Shown: piece by piece, positions 28,343-37,764 of the stretch
How positions within the stretch are numbered: position 1 is the stretch's first letter
Layout of the letters: each line of letters begins with the position of its first letter
DNA from: Sphingomonadales bacterium
GTDB taxonomy: Bacteria > Pseudomonadota > Alphaproteobacteria > Sphingomonadales > Sphingomonadaceae
NCBI GenBank assembly: GCA_028868335.1
Contig: JAGWUU010000001.1
Coordinates: 1-44,600 of the forward strand
Direction: 5' to 3'
DNA: 44,600 bases
Notes under the pieces: generated by a model
Told to the model about the DNA's origin: nothing
Databases searched by the model: none
Seen by the model: only the letters and a program-made list of their open reading frames with translations
Made by a program: the position numbers and the translations under genes

Positions 28343-29115
28343 TACGGGTCGCGATCGCAAACCAGAAGGGTGGGGTGGGCAAGACCACCACGGCGATCAA
28401 TATCGCCACGGCCATGGCCGCCACCGGCTGGAAAGTGCTGCTGATCGATCTCGATCCGCAGGGCAACGCATCGACGGGGATCGGCATTCCCGCCGCAGCT
28501 CGCGAGCGTTCGTCGTACGATTTGCTGGTTGATCAGGCCCCGCTTGCCGAATGCATCCAGCCGACGCGAATTCCCGGGCTCGACGTGATCCCGGCCACGG
28601 TCGACCTTTCGGGTGCCGAGGTCGAGCTGGTCGCGGTCGACAATCGGACCGATCGCCTGCGCCAGGCCCTGACGGGCGATGCCGGGCACGACGTCTGCTT
28701 CATCGACTGCCCGCCCTCGCTTGGCCTGCTCACGCTCAATGCGCTGTGCGCCGCGGATACCTTGCTGGTGCCACTGCAATGCGAATTCTTTGCGCTGGAA
28801 GGCTTGAGCCAGCTTCTCCAGACGGTCGAACGCGTTCAACAGCGTTTCAACCCCTCGCTGGGCATTGTCGGGATCGCCCTGACCATGTTTGACCGGCGCA
28901 ACCGCCTGACCGATCAGGTGGCAGACGATGTGCGCTCGTGCCTCGGCAATCTGGTGTTCGATGCGGTCATTCCCCGCAACGTGCGGCTGTCGGAGGCGCC
29001 GAGCCACGGCCTGCCGGCGCTGGTTTACGATCACACCTGCGTCGGCAGCCGCGCCTACATGGCGCTTGCCCGCGAACTCATCACCCGCCTGCCCGAAAAG
29101 AGGAAAGCCGCATGA
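28339..29115 (+). CDS. parA: Chromosome partitioning ATPase ParA (Soj)
   Basis: ANQKGGVGKTTT deviant Walker A, DLDPQGNA, IDCPP, IPRNVRLSEAPSHG; GTG start. Confidence 0.96.
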   Translation: MIRVAIANQKGGVGKTTTAINIATAMAATGWKVLLIDLDPQGNASTGIGIPAAARERSSYDLLVDQAPLAECIQPTRIPGLDVIPATVDLSGAEVELVAVDNRTDRLRQALTGDAGHDVCFIDCPPSLGLLTLNALCAADTLLVPLQCEFFALEGLSQLLQTVERVQQRFNPSLGIVGIALTMFDRRNRLTDQVADDVRSCLGNLVFDAVIPRNVRLSEAPSHGLPALVYDHTCVGSRAYMALARELITRLPEKRKAA

Positions 29116-30074
29116 GCGACGATTCGGTGATTCGCATTGCGGTCCCCAAGCCGGAAGGCGGCGCAAAACGCCCAGCGCTGGGGCGCGGGCTGGGCGCCCT
29201 GCTGGGCGAAACCCGGCGGGAAGAGCCGCTGGTGCATCCCACAGCCGGGATCGCGCCGGGTGCAACCTCTGCAACAAACGGGCTCGCCATGCTGGCGGTC
29301 GCCGCGATTGTCCCGCACCCCGGTCAGCCGCGCCGCCGGTTTGACGAGGCGGCACTGGATGAACTGGCGGCGTCGATCGCGGCGCGCGGCGTGATCCAGC
29401 CGGTGATCGTCACCCCGCACGGCGAGGGGCAGTGGCGGCTGGTTGCAGGCGAACGCCGCTGGCGCGCCGCCCAACGCGCACAACTGCATGAGATTCCAGC
29501 GCTAATTCGCGACCTTGAGGAACGCGAAGTTACCGCCCTGGCACTGATCGAAAACCTTCAGCGCGAAGACCTCAACCCGATCGAAGAGGCGCGGGCCTAT
29601 CACCGGTTGGCCGAGGATGAAGGGCTGACCCAGGCGGAAATCGCCAAGCTGGTCGACAAGAGCCGCAGCCATGTCGCCAACCTCCAGCGGCTGCTGGGCC
29701 TGCCCGACGGGGTTCTCACGCTGGTTGAGGATGGGCGCCTGTCCATGGGCCATGCCCGCGCGCTGATCGGCGTAGAGCAGGCCCAGGCGCTTGCCGACGA
29801 CGCCGTCGCAAGGCATCTCTCCGTTCGCGAGGTCGAGAAGGCGGTGCGTCGCCGCGCAACCGGAAGCAGTGCTCCGCGGCGGGCACGCGGGACGCGGGAC
29901 GCGGCATCGTCTGCCGACATCGCAGCGGTGCAGGGGCACCTCGAGGAATTTCTCGGCCTGCCGGTGCGTATCAATGCCGATGCAGATCCCCGCTCCGGCG
30001 CGGTGACGATCCGCTATCGCACGCTCGATCAGCTTGACCTGATCTGTCAGCGCCTCACCGGGGGCAGCATTTAG
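29112..30074 (+). CDS. parB: Chromosome partitioning protein ParB (Spo0J)
   Basis: LGRGLGALL, QPR..F, GERRWRA, ENLQREDLNPIEEA, HTH KSRSHVAN. Confidence 0.96.
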   Translation: MSDDSVIRIAVPKPEGGAKRPALGRGLGALLGETRREEPLVHPTAGIAPGATSATNGLAMLAVAAIVPHPGQPRRRFDEAALDELAASIAARGVIQPVIVTPHGEGQWRLVAGERRWRAAQRAQLHEIPALIRDLEEREVTALALIENLQREDLNPIEEARAYHRLAEDEGLTQAEIAKLVDKSRSHVANLQRLLGLPDGVLTLVEDGRLSMGHARALIGVEQAQALADDAVARHLSVREVEKAVRRRATGSSAPRRARGTRDAASSADIAAVQGHLEEFLGLPVRINADADPRSGAVTIRYRTLDQLDLICQRLTGGSI

Positions 30075-30159
30075 CTTTTTGAGCTGAACCTGCCCCAGTC
30101 GGGGACGGCACCGGAACGGCCCTTGCGTCGATGCCAGCGGCCGGCCTTAAACGGTGCTT

Positions 30160-30642
30160 ATGACGCGATCGGCTTTTGTCCTGTTGGCTCTTGTCGCCGC
30201 CATGCCCGCGCACGCCGAAAGCCGCGCAGGCATGGCTGCGACAATGGCCGTTTCGGTGGAAATCTTGCCGAATTGTACCGTCGCGACCGGTCCGTTGATG
30301 TTTGGCAGCGCACAGAATGGCACCGGGGCGACGGCAACCTCGCAAATCGCGGTAAACTGCGGCCCGTCCGTTCCCTTTACCATGCAGCTTGACCGCGGCC
30401 GCCAGCCGGATGCCCGGGGCCGCCGCGCCCTTGACGCGGCAAGCGGCCGCTACCTGTCCTATGGCATCTACCGCGATGCGGCCTACCAGTCCGCGTGGAG
30501 CGATACGGCGGATGGCTCAGCATCGGGCACGACCGATTCGTCCGGCCAGTTCCACCTTACGGCATATGGCCGCATCGAGCCGGGACAGGCCACCGTTGCC
30601 GGGACCTATGCCGATGCGGTTGTCGTCACGGTGCAGTTCTAG
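30160..30642 (+). CDS. Csu-type pilin (spore coat protein U domain) 1
   Basis: Signal peptide, N-terminal Cys pair (NCTV..FG..VNC), YGIYRD, AYGRI, GTYADAVVVTVQF. Confidence 0.88.
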   Translation: MTRSAFVLLALVAAMPAHAESRAGMAATMAVSVEILPNCTVATGPLMFGSAQNGTGATATSQIAVNCGPSVPFTMQLDRGRQPDARGRRALDAASGRYLSYGIYRDAAYQSAWSDTADGSASGTTDSSGQFHLTAYGRIEPGQATVAGTYADAVVVTVQF

Positions 30643-30666
30643 GTTCTGTCCTGATTTGGCTGAATC

Positions 30667-30693
30667 GCCCCCTCCCCGGCGGGGAAGGGCTTT
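30667..30693 (+). terminator. Possible intrinsic terminator after first pilin
   Basis: GCCC..TCCCC-GGC-GGGGA.GGGC followed by TTT. Confidence 0.45.
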
Positions 30694-31177
30694 GAAGCTT
30701 CAATTTGATCAAGACGGACTCCAGGTTCTGACGCGGGTGCAACGGGATCGGAATCCGGAATCGTCCCGAGCGGGCGAATCGTTTTCCTACCTTTAAGAAA
30801 GCTGTCAGGCCTGCCCGATCGCGTGCTGTCGGTGTCGTCTTTTGGGCCTGGCTGCTTGCCGTCTGGATCAAACCGCCTTGAAAACGCGAAAGTGTCACCT
30901 TTTTCCGCATAACCAATTGAAATGAAATAATTTTCAGGCGGACACACCTGTCCGGCGGGCAATTCATGTAACATGTTGATAATATGAACGTTAATCTGAA
31001 ACCCCGGTCAAAGGTGTCAACTTGTCGTAACCTTATGCGGCGCCCGTTCGGGGAGGCCGTCAGTCGAACGGAACCAGCAGCATGCCCTTCTTGGTGACCC
31101 AATAAGGCTGACGGGGCCTTAACCACATCGCAAGGGAATACCCCTAGACCGCCGATTGAGACTAGGGGGTAATCTTC

Positions 31178-31675
31178 TTGCGATTCGCGCTAAGGGATCA
31201 GTGCGTGCTTGCGCTTGCCGCTGCCGGGGTTTTGGCGGCGGCGCCTGCGCATGCCCGGCGCGCGACCTACACGATGCCCGCCTCGGTGACAGTCATCAAT
31301 GGCTGCACCATCTCGGCCCTGCCGTTGATCTTCAACGTCCCTGTGCCGACCAATCTCAATGTCGATTCGTCGACGACGATCACCGCGAAGTGCACGCCGA
31401 ACATTCCGTTCACGATTGACATCGATACCGGGCTCTACGGCAACGGCATCAACCGTCGTGTGTATAACGCCACGGCCAAGGCCTACATCAACTACGACGT
31501 TTACCGGGATCCGCCGCGCAGCCAGGTCTGGGGTACGGGCGGGGCCAAGAATGTCTCGGGCAATTCGGGGCTTACCGGACTGGTGGTGCTGCCAGTCTAT
31601 GGCCGACTCGCCTCCTCGACCAAGCTTCAGGCTGGCAACTACCGCGATACGCTGACGGTCACGATAAGCTTCTGA
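31178..31675 (+). CDS. Csu-type pilin (SCPU domain) 2
   Basis: Signal peptide, GCTI..F..AKC, YDVYRD, VYGRL, GNYRDTLTVTISF; TTG start after AGGGGG. Confidence 0.85.
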   Translation: MRFALRDQCVLALAAAGVLAAAPAHARRATYTMPASVTVINGCTISALPLIFNVPVPTNLNVDSSTTITAKCTPNIPFTIDIDTGLYGNGINRRVYNATAKAYINYDVYRDPPRSQVWGTGGAKNVSGNSGLTGLVVLPVYGRLASSTKLQAGNYRDTLTVTISF

Positions 31676-31860
31676 CCGCATTGCGCCATTCGACCGAGAG
31701 GTTCGAAAATGCGCTCGGCGCTTACCGAACGTTAACCATATTTTCCTAGGTATTCTCCCCAAGCAGACTGCAAATTTCCCGGTAATCATTAGGGATTTTG
31801 CAATGGTTTGTGACGCATGGAGACCACGGCACATAGCCATGTTTCAGGGGAATAGAGACC

Positions 31861-32352
31861 ATGCGTAAGATTGCTTTCGGGTTTGCCGCCCTTGCGGCCG
31901 TTGCCGCCTCTCCGGCCCTGGCCGCTTCGGCCAGCAACCAGATGCCGGTGTCCGTCAACGTCATCAATTCATGCACAGTCGCCGCTTCGCCGATGGCGTT
32001 CGGCACGCTGACCTCGGTTGGCGGCGTCAATGTCGACACGACCGCCAACGTCGATCTCGTTTGCACCATCGGTGCAGGCTATGACGTTGCGATGGACGTC
32101 GGCACCCACGCTACCGGTGCCCAGCGCTTCCTGCAGAACACCACCGACGCGACCAAGAAGATTCCTTACGGCGTCTTCCGCGATTCGGCCCGGACATCGA
32201 ACTGGGGCAACACCTCGGGCACCGACACCAGCATCGGCACGACTGCCACGGGCACCGCTACGCTGGTCGCCTATGGCCGCATCCCGAGCACGGCGGTTTC
32301 GGTTCCGGCCGGCTCGTACACCGACACCGTCACTGTCACGGTGAACTTCTAA
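31861..32352 (+). CDS. Csu-type pilin (SCPU domain) 3, probable major subunit
   Basis: Signal peptide, SCTV..FG..LVC, YGVFRD, AYGRIP, GSYTDTVTVTVNF; own upstream region and directly precedes the chaperone. Confidence 0.9.
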   Translation: MRKIAFGFAALAAVAASPALAASASNQMPVSVNVINSCTVAASPMAFGTLTSVGGVNVDTTANVDLVCTIGAGYDVAMDVGTHATGAQRFLQNTTDATKKIPYGVFRDSARTSNWGNTSGTDTSIGTTATGTATLVAYGRIPSTAVSVPAGSYTDTVTVTVNF

Positions 32353-32369
32353 GCATCATGGAGACCTGA

Positions 32370-33140
32370 ATGATCCGTCGCGCCGCTGTCATCAGCAAGC
32401 TTGCCCTGGCTGCGGCAGGCGGATCGTTCCTCTCCTTCGGGCTGTACCAGGCAGCCCATGCTGAAGAGCCCGTAGCCGCCGCGGCCGCGCCACTCGCGGA
32501 CCGCGGCGCTCGGCTTAATATCGCACCGCTCCGCCTTGAGCTTGATGCGACCAAGACCGGGGTTACGGTGATGCTCACCAACACTTCGGCACGGCCTTTG
32601 CCGGTCCAGACCCGGCTGTTCGCCTGGTCGCAGGATGCGGGCGAGGATCGCTATGCACCTTCGACAGCGCTGACCGTTTCACCGTCGATCATCTCGATCG
32701 CTCCCGGCGCGACGCAGATTGTCCGCGTTCTGCGCACCAGCCCCGCGTCACCCGGCGAAAAGCGCTTCCGCCTCGCGGTCGATCAATTGCCCGATCCAAG
32801 CCTTGCTACTTCTGGCGAGGCCGAGGCACGGCTGCGCTTCACCGTTCCGGTATTCCTCGATCGCGACAAGGCGGAACCCGCCGTTCTCGCCTGGCGGATC
32901 ACCGGCAACCGGCTCGAACTGGCGAACACCGGCGGGCGCACGACCAGGGTGCTTGGCCTGGTCGTGAAGAATGCCGCCGGCGCTGTCGTACAGCTCGAAC
33001 GTAATTCGCTTCGTTACGTCCTAGGGCAATCGACCATTGCCTGGAGCCTGGTCAATGGCTGCCCCACCGGGCCCGTAACCATTTCCGCCCAGATCGACGG
33101 CCAGTCGGCCAATGCCACGGTCACGCCGACCTGCGGTTGA
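32370..33140 (+). CDS. Fimbrial periplasmic chaperone (CsuC/PapD-like)
   Basis: IAPLRLEL, QTRLFAWSQ, VSPSI..IAPGATQIVRV, E.RFRLAVDQLP, FTVPVF. Confidence 0.88.
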   Translation: MIRRAAVISKLALAAAGGSFLSFGLYQAAHAEEPVAAAAAPLADRGARLNIAPLRLELDATKTGVTVMLTNTSARPLPVQTRLFAWSQDAGEDRYAPSTALTVSPSIISIAPGATQIVRVLRTSPASPGEKRFRLAVDQLPDPSLATSGEAEARLRFTVPVFLDRDKAEPAVLAWRITGNRLELANTGGRTTRVLGLVVKNAAGAVVQLERNSLRYVLGQSTIAWSLVNGCPTGPVTISAQIDGQSANATVTPTCG

Positions 33141-35555
33141 ACGGCTCCTTGCGCTAGTCGCCGCGCTTGGCGCGGCCCTGGGCGGGGATTCCGCCCACGC
33201 GCAGACGGACCCGTTCGCCCTCCCTTCCGGAATGACCGCCCAGTCGGTGTCCGCGCAAAGCGGCCCCGGACTTTCGGAAATCGCGGTCGATGGCGATACG
33301 CGCGCCCGAATGGTCGATCTTGCCTGGGTCAAGGGCGCGCTGGCGATCGATGCCGATGGGGCCCGCGCCGCAGGCCTGCCCGTCCAACCGGGCGCGACAG
33401 GCTATGTCTCGCTCGCATCGTTGCGCATCGCCAAGTGGAACTTCGATTCCCAGCATCAGCGACTGGAAATTCAATTGCTGCGGAAAAGCGACGGCGGCAA
33501 TCTCATCGATATGACCAGGGGGCCAGCGCAGAACGGCGAAAGCAGCCCGCTGACGGCGTTTCGTCTCGACTATGACCTGACGGCTACCTTTGCGAAGGGG
33601 CGCAGCGGAGCGGCGGCACTGGTCGAGGCCGCGCTTGTCAGAGGCAATGTCTCGGCGATGAGCGCCTTTCGCTATACCTCCCAACCGGACAGCAATTCAT
33701 CCCCGCTGTTGCGGCTTGATTCACAGGTACAGGTCCTGATTCCCCGTGCCGGGCTGACCGCGACGGCGGGCGACTACATTTCGGCGGGCGGGCAAGCCAG
33801 CGCGCGGTGCGCCTGGGCGGGGTCCAGGTCGCATCGGACTATTCGTTGCGACCCGATCTCGTCACCACGCCATTGCCGGCATTTACCGGGCAGGTTTCAG
33901 TACCCACCGGTATCGACATCATCACCGGTGACCAACGCTATTCGCTTGGCCAGGTGCAACCGGGTGAATTCACCGTTCGCAACGTACCCTCGAACGCCGG
34001 ACGCGGTGAGGTATCCGTGATCGTCCGCGATGCCTTGGGGCGCGAAAGTATCCAGAACGCCAAATTCTATGTCTCGCGGGCCTTGCTGGCACCGGGGCTG
34101 CGCGAATTCGCGATCAACACAGGCTTCGTCCGACGACGCTACGGGGTTCGCAGCAACGACTACGGACCCCTCGCCGCAAACCTGTTCTACCGCCGCGGCT
34201 TGAATTCGCGGTTGACGGTCGAGGGATCCGCCGAATGGACCCCGGGACTCCTCAATGTGGGTGCCCGGGGTGATCTTGCGCTTGGCGGGATCGCCCTGGC
34301 GACCGTCGAGGCGCGCCTCAGCGTCGAGCACGATACCGGATATACCGGCTCGCTGGTCAATCTTGGGCTTGAATCGGTCGGCAAGACCATTTCAGCGCGA
34401 ATTTCGGCCTCGCTGCCGAGTGCGCAATACCGCGATGTTGCAAGCAACCTGGGCGATCCATTGCCGCCGCGCGAATTCCTCGGGCAGATTTCGTTTAATC
34501 TGAAGCGCATGACGCAACTACAGATCTCGGCTGGGCGGCAAGAGCGGCATTACGATCCGCGCTTTGCCTTTCTCGAACCCAAAGTTACCTTTGCCAACGC
34601 TTCGTTTCGCACCCAGATCAGCCATAAGATCGATGTTTTTTCGTCACTTGGCTACCGCAACGGAGCCAGCCGCTCGATAACCGCGTGGGCGGGATTGTCG
34701 GTGCAGTTCGGCGGCGGGCGTTCCGGTCAGGCTTCAGCCAACGGCGGCACAGGCTCGCCGGTCAGCGCCAATGCCGGGTATTATCGCCACGATACCGAAC
34801 AGCAGCCGCTGGGTTACGCCCTCGAAGGCCAGACGGGCGCATCCACCCGTCTTGCCGGTGCCGCCAGCTACCGCGATTCGCACGGTCGGGTCGAAGCCCA
34901 GGTCGAAGAGGTCGCCGGAGATGTTGGCCTGCGTCTCAACGCGCGCGGCACGCTGCTGGTGGCAGGCGGCAACGTTTTCGCCCGCAACCAGACCGGGGGG
35001 AGCTATGCTCTGGTCCGCACCGGCCGCGTTGGCGGCGTTACGGTCCTGCGCGAAAACCGCCTCGCCGGGGTGACGACGCGCAAGGGATTGCTGCTGGTCG
35101 AGAATGTCGCCCCGCAGGTCCCGCTGACCTTTGACATCGATCCGGAAAAACTTCCGGCCGACGCGCTCGCGCGTGCGACGCACCGCCGAGTTCTGGTCCC
35201 GCGCAAGGCGATCGGACTGGTCGCGCTGGACGTGATCCGCTTCCGTCCGCGCGCGGTACGGATCGCTGCCCCGGACGGCACCCCGCTGCCGGTCGGGCTC
35301 CAGCTCATCGCGCGACCCTCGGGGGAGCCGGTCTATGTCGGCTTCGATGGCCTGATCGATTTCAACAGCGAAGGCGGTGATACCCGCGTGGAGCGGCAGT
35401 TCGATGACGGCGCCCGCTGCGTGGTCGATACCGGGGGAATCGCGACGGCTCCGCCAGATACCGTTCCCACCCTGACCTGCCGCATGGAGCTGCCGACCGA
35501 GATTGTCGGCCGCGATGTCCCTCGGCGCGGCCGCATTGCCGCTGCCCGCCGCTGA
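33112..35555 (+). pseudogene. Fimbrial outer-membrane usher (CsuD-like), split by a 1-nt frameshift near 33794
   Basis: ORF 33112-34020 gives N-terminal usher (RLDS, AGDYIS); ORF 33807-35555 continues RLGGVQVASDYSLRPDLVT, PGEF, DALGR, LLAPGL; one extra base at 33794-95 joins them into 814 codons. Confidence 0.8.
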
Positions 35556-35675
35556 CCGGCGGCGAGTTGCGCCGCGCAACTTCGCACCAGCATTTAAGCG
35601 AGCGATTAAATTCCTTGCCCGCCGGAGCATCGGCCTTTAAGCGAGGCCGATCCCGGTTTGAAATGAGGCACGGCC

Positions 35676-36830
35676 ATGTCGCTCGATTCGCTTGCGCGCA
35701 GCTTTTACACAGAAGATCACGAAGCCTTCCGTGACACGGTGCGCCGTTTCGTCGCCGATGAGCTTGAGCCTCATGCCGATGCCTGGGATGAAGCCGGACT
35801 TGTCCCCCGCGAGGTGTGGCCCAAGGCTGGTGCGCTTGGCCTCCTCTGCCCGACGGTTCCCGAGGCCTATGGCGGGCTCGGCCTTGATTTTGGCTACAAT
35901 GCCATCATCGACGAGGAAGTGAGCTACGGCACGGACGTCGCGACCGGATTCTCGCTCCAGTCCGATATCGTCGCCAACTACATCATCCAGTACGGCTCGG
36001 AGGAGCAAAAGCAGACCTGGTTGCCGAAGATGGTCAGCGGCGAGGTGGTGAGTGCCATCGCCATGACCGAACCGGGTACGGGGTCAGACCTTCAGGGTTT
36101 GCTCACCACGGCGAAGAAGGATGGCAATCACTATGTCATCAACGGGTCGAAGACCTACATCACCAACGGCCAGAACGCCGATCTGATCCTTGTCTGCGTC
36201 AAGACCGACACCGAGGTTCAGCCCGCCTGGAAAGGCGTGTCGATCGTGCTGGTCGAGGCGACACGCGAAGGTTTCAAGCGCGGGCGCAATCTCGACAAGG
36301 TCGGCCTCGATGCCGCCGATACTTCGGAACTATTTTTCGAAGACGTGCGCGTGCCGATCACCAATTGCCTTGGCGAGGAAGGCAAAGGCTTCATCTACCT
36401 GATGAGTGAGCTGCCGCAGGAGCGCCTGAGCATCGCCGTCACCGCCCAGGCCAGTGCGCAACGCGCCTTCGATCTGACTGTCCAGTTCGTTCGCGACCGC
36501 AAGGCATTCGGCAAGCCGGTCCTCGATTTCCAGAACACGCGGTTTGTCCTCGCCGATCTCAAGTCCAAGCTTCAGGTCGGCTGGGCGCACCTGGACTGGT
36601 GCATCGCGCGGCACGTCAAACACGAACTCACTTCGGTCGAGGCTTCGGGCGCCAAGCTGTGGCACACCGAGCTTCAGGGCGAAGTGGTCGACAAGTGCCT
36701 CCAGCTCCACGGCGGAGCTGGTTTCATGAACGAATATCCGATCGCCAAGCAGTGGCGCGGCGCACGGGTCACGCGGATTTTCGGCGGGACCAGCGAGATC
36801 ATGAAGGAACTGATCGGCCGGTCGCTCTAA
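35676..36830 (+). CDS. Acyl-CoA dehydrogenase (long-chain type)
   Basis: AIAMTEPGTGSDL, NGSKTYITNG, ERL, R.AFG, QLHGGAG, IFGGTSEIMK. Confidence 0.93.
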   Translation: MSLDSLARSFYTEDHEAFRDTVRRFVADELEPHADAWDEAGLVPREVWPKAGALGLLCPTVPEAYGGLGLDFGYNAIIDEEVSYGTDVATGFSLQSDIVANYIIQYGSEEQKQTWLPKMVSGEVVSAIAMTEPGTGSDLQGLLTTAKKDGNHYVINGSKTYITNGQNADLILVCVKTDTEVQPAWKGVSIVLVEATREGFKRGRNLDKVGLDAADTSELFFEDVRVPITNCLGEEGKGFIYLMSELPQERLSIAVTAQASAQRAFDLTVQFVRDRKAFGKPVLDFQNTRFVLADLKSKLQVGWAHLDWCIARHVKHELTSVEASGAKLWHTELQGEVVDKCLQLHGGAGFMNEYPIAKQWRGARVTRIFGGTSEIMKELIGRSL

Positions 36831-36842
36831 CCGACCGGCGGT

Positions 36843-37637
36843 TCAGCCGATCGGGATCCGCTTGTCGGGAACCGCCCGGCGATGCGGCGGTACGTGCCTG
36901 CGCGGTGGGATGACGCGATGGCGGGGGCCGTCGACCGGCACCCATTCCTCGATCACCCGGGTTTCCTTGCACTCGCGCGGCTTGGCCGACATGGGCGGCG
37001 CCCCCGGCCCGGGCTGGACCATCACCACCGGCACCATGACCATCATCGGCTGGTAGGCATACGCGTAGCCGGGCTGGGCATAGCCATAACCGGCACCATA
37101 GCTCGCGCCGTACCCCATGTGCCGCTCAAGGTAGCTTTCGCAAAAATCCATCGTGCGTGCTTCGCGACGGCGATCGGCCTGGTCGCCGATTGCCCCGCCG
37201 GCGACGGCGCCAACGGCACCGCCGGCTATGGTTCCAAGGGTCTTGTCACCGTGTCCGGCAATGGCGTTGCCAAGCAAGCCGCCGACCACTCCGCCTACAA
37301 CCGCACCGCCAACCATGTTGCCACGCCCGCCGCGGCTATGGTTGCTGCGGCATTCGGCCAGCCAATCCGCACGGGCACGCTCGAACGCGGCCTGATCATA
37401 TTGCGGCCGTTGGTACTGGGGTTGGTATTGGGGCTGGGCATAGGCCGGACCCATCGGCGGCGGAGGTGCCGGTATCGCCACCGGAGCGGCATCGCCGTAA
37501 ACGCGCCCATCCGCATCCATGGTCCCCGGCGGGGGAGGCGGCGGCGAGGGCTGGGCCATGACCGGCAAGGCAAACGCGAGCGTTCCGGCAAAGGCTGCTG
37601 CCTTTGCGAGCGCGGCTGCGGACGGGCGAAACGGCAT
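36843..37637 (-). CDS. Exported glycine-zipper 2TM domain protein
   Basis: Signal peptide, Pro-rich linker, GGAVVGGVVGGLLGNAI..GTIAGGAVGAVAGGAIG. Confidence 0.8.
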   Translation of the reverse strand: MPFRPSAAALAKAAAFAGTLAFALPVMAQPSPPPPPPGTMDADGRVYGDAAPVAIPAPPPPMGPAYAQPQYQPQYQRPQYDQAAFERARADWLAECRSNHSRGGRGNMVGGAVVGGVVGGLLGNAIAGHGDKTLGTIAGGAVGAVAGGAIGDQADRRREARTMDFCESYLERHMGYGASYGAGYGYAQPGYAYAYQPMMVMVPVVMVQPGPGAPPMSAKPRECKETRVIEEWVPVDGPRHRVIPPRRHVPPHRRAVPDKRIPIG

Positions 37638-37764
37638 GGCAATCCCCTGAGCGGTCCGGGCAATTCCGGCGTTAACCGGCAACTTACCATCAGGTCGATC
37701 GGGTTTCCAAGCGCCCGGCCCCGCCAGTCTTGTCCCTGTCCCGAATCGGAGCAGAGCCATGACG

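Noticed and set aside
30626-31126. Minus-strand ORFs (166 aa, 111 aa) in the pilus intergenic region
   Set aside because: No motifs, atypical composition, overlap regulatory-looking sequence
30643-31177. Invertible promoter or mobile-element remnant in the pilus locus
   Set aside because: No long flanking inverted repeats, recombinase or transposase found
35593-35610. TTTAA-N8-TTAAA upstream of the acyl-CoA dehydrogenase as a CtrA box
   Set aside because: Spacer is 8, not 7; may be another operator but is a single unsupported instance
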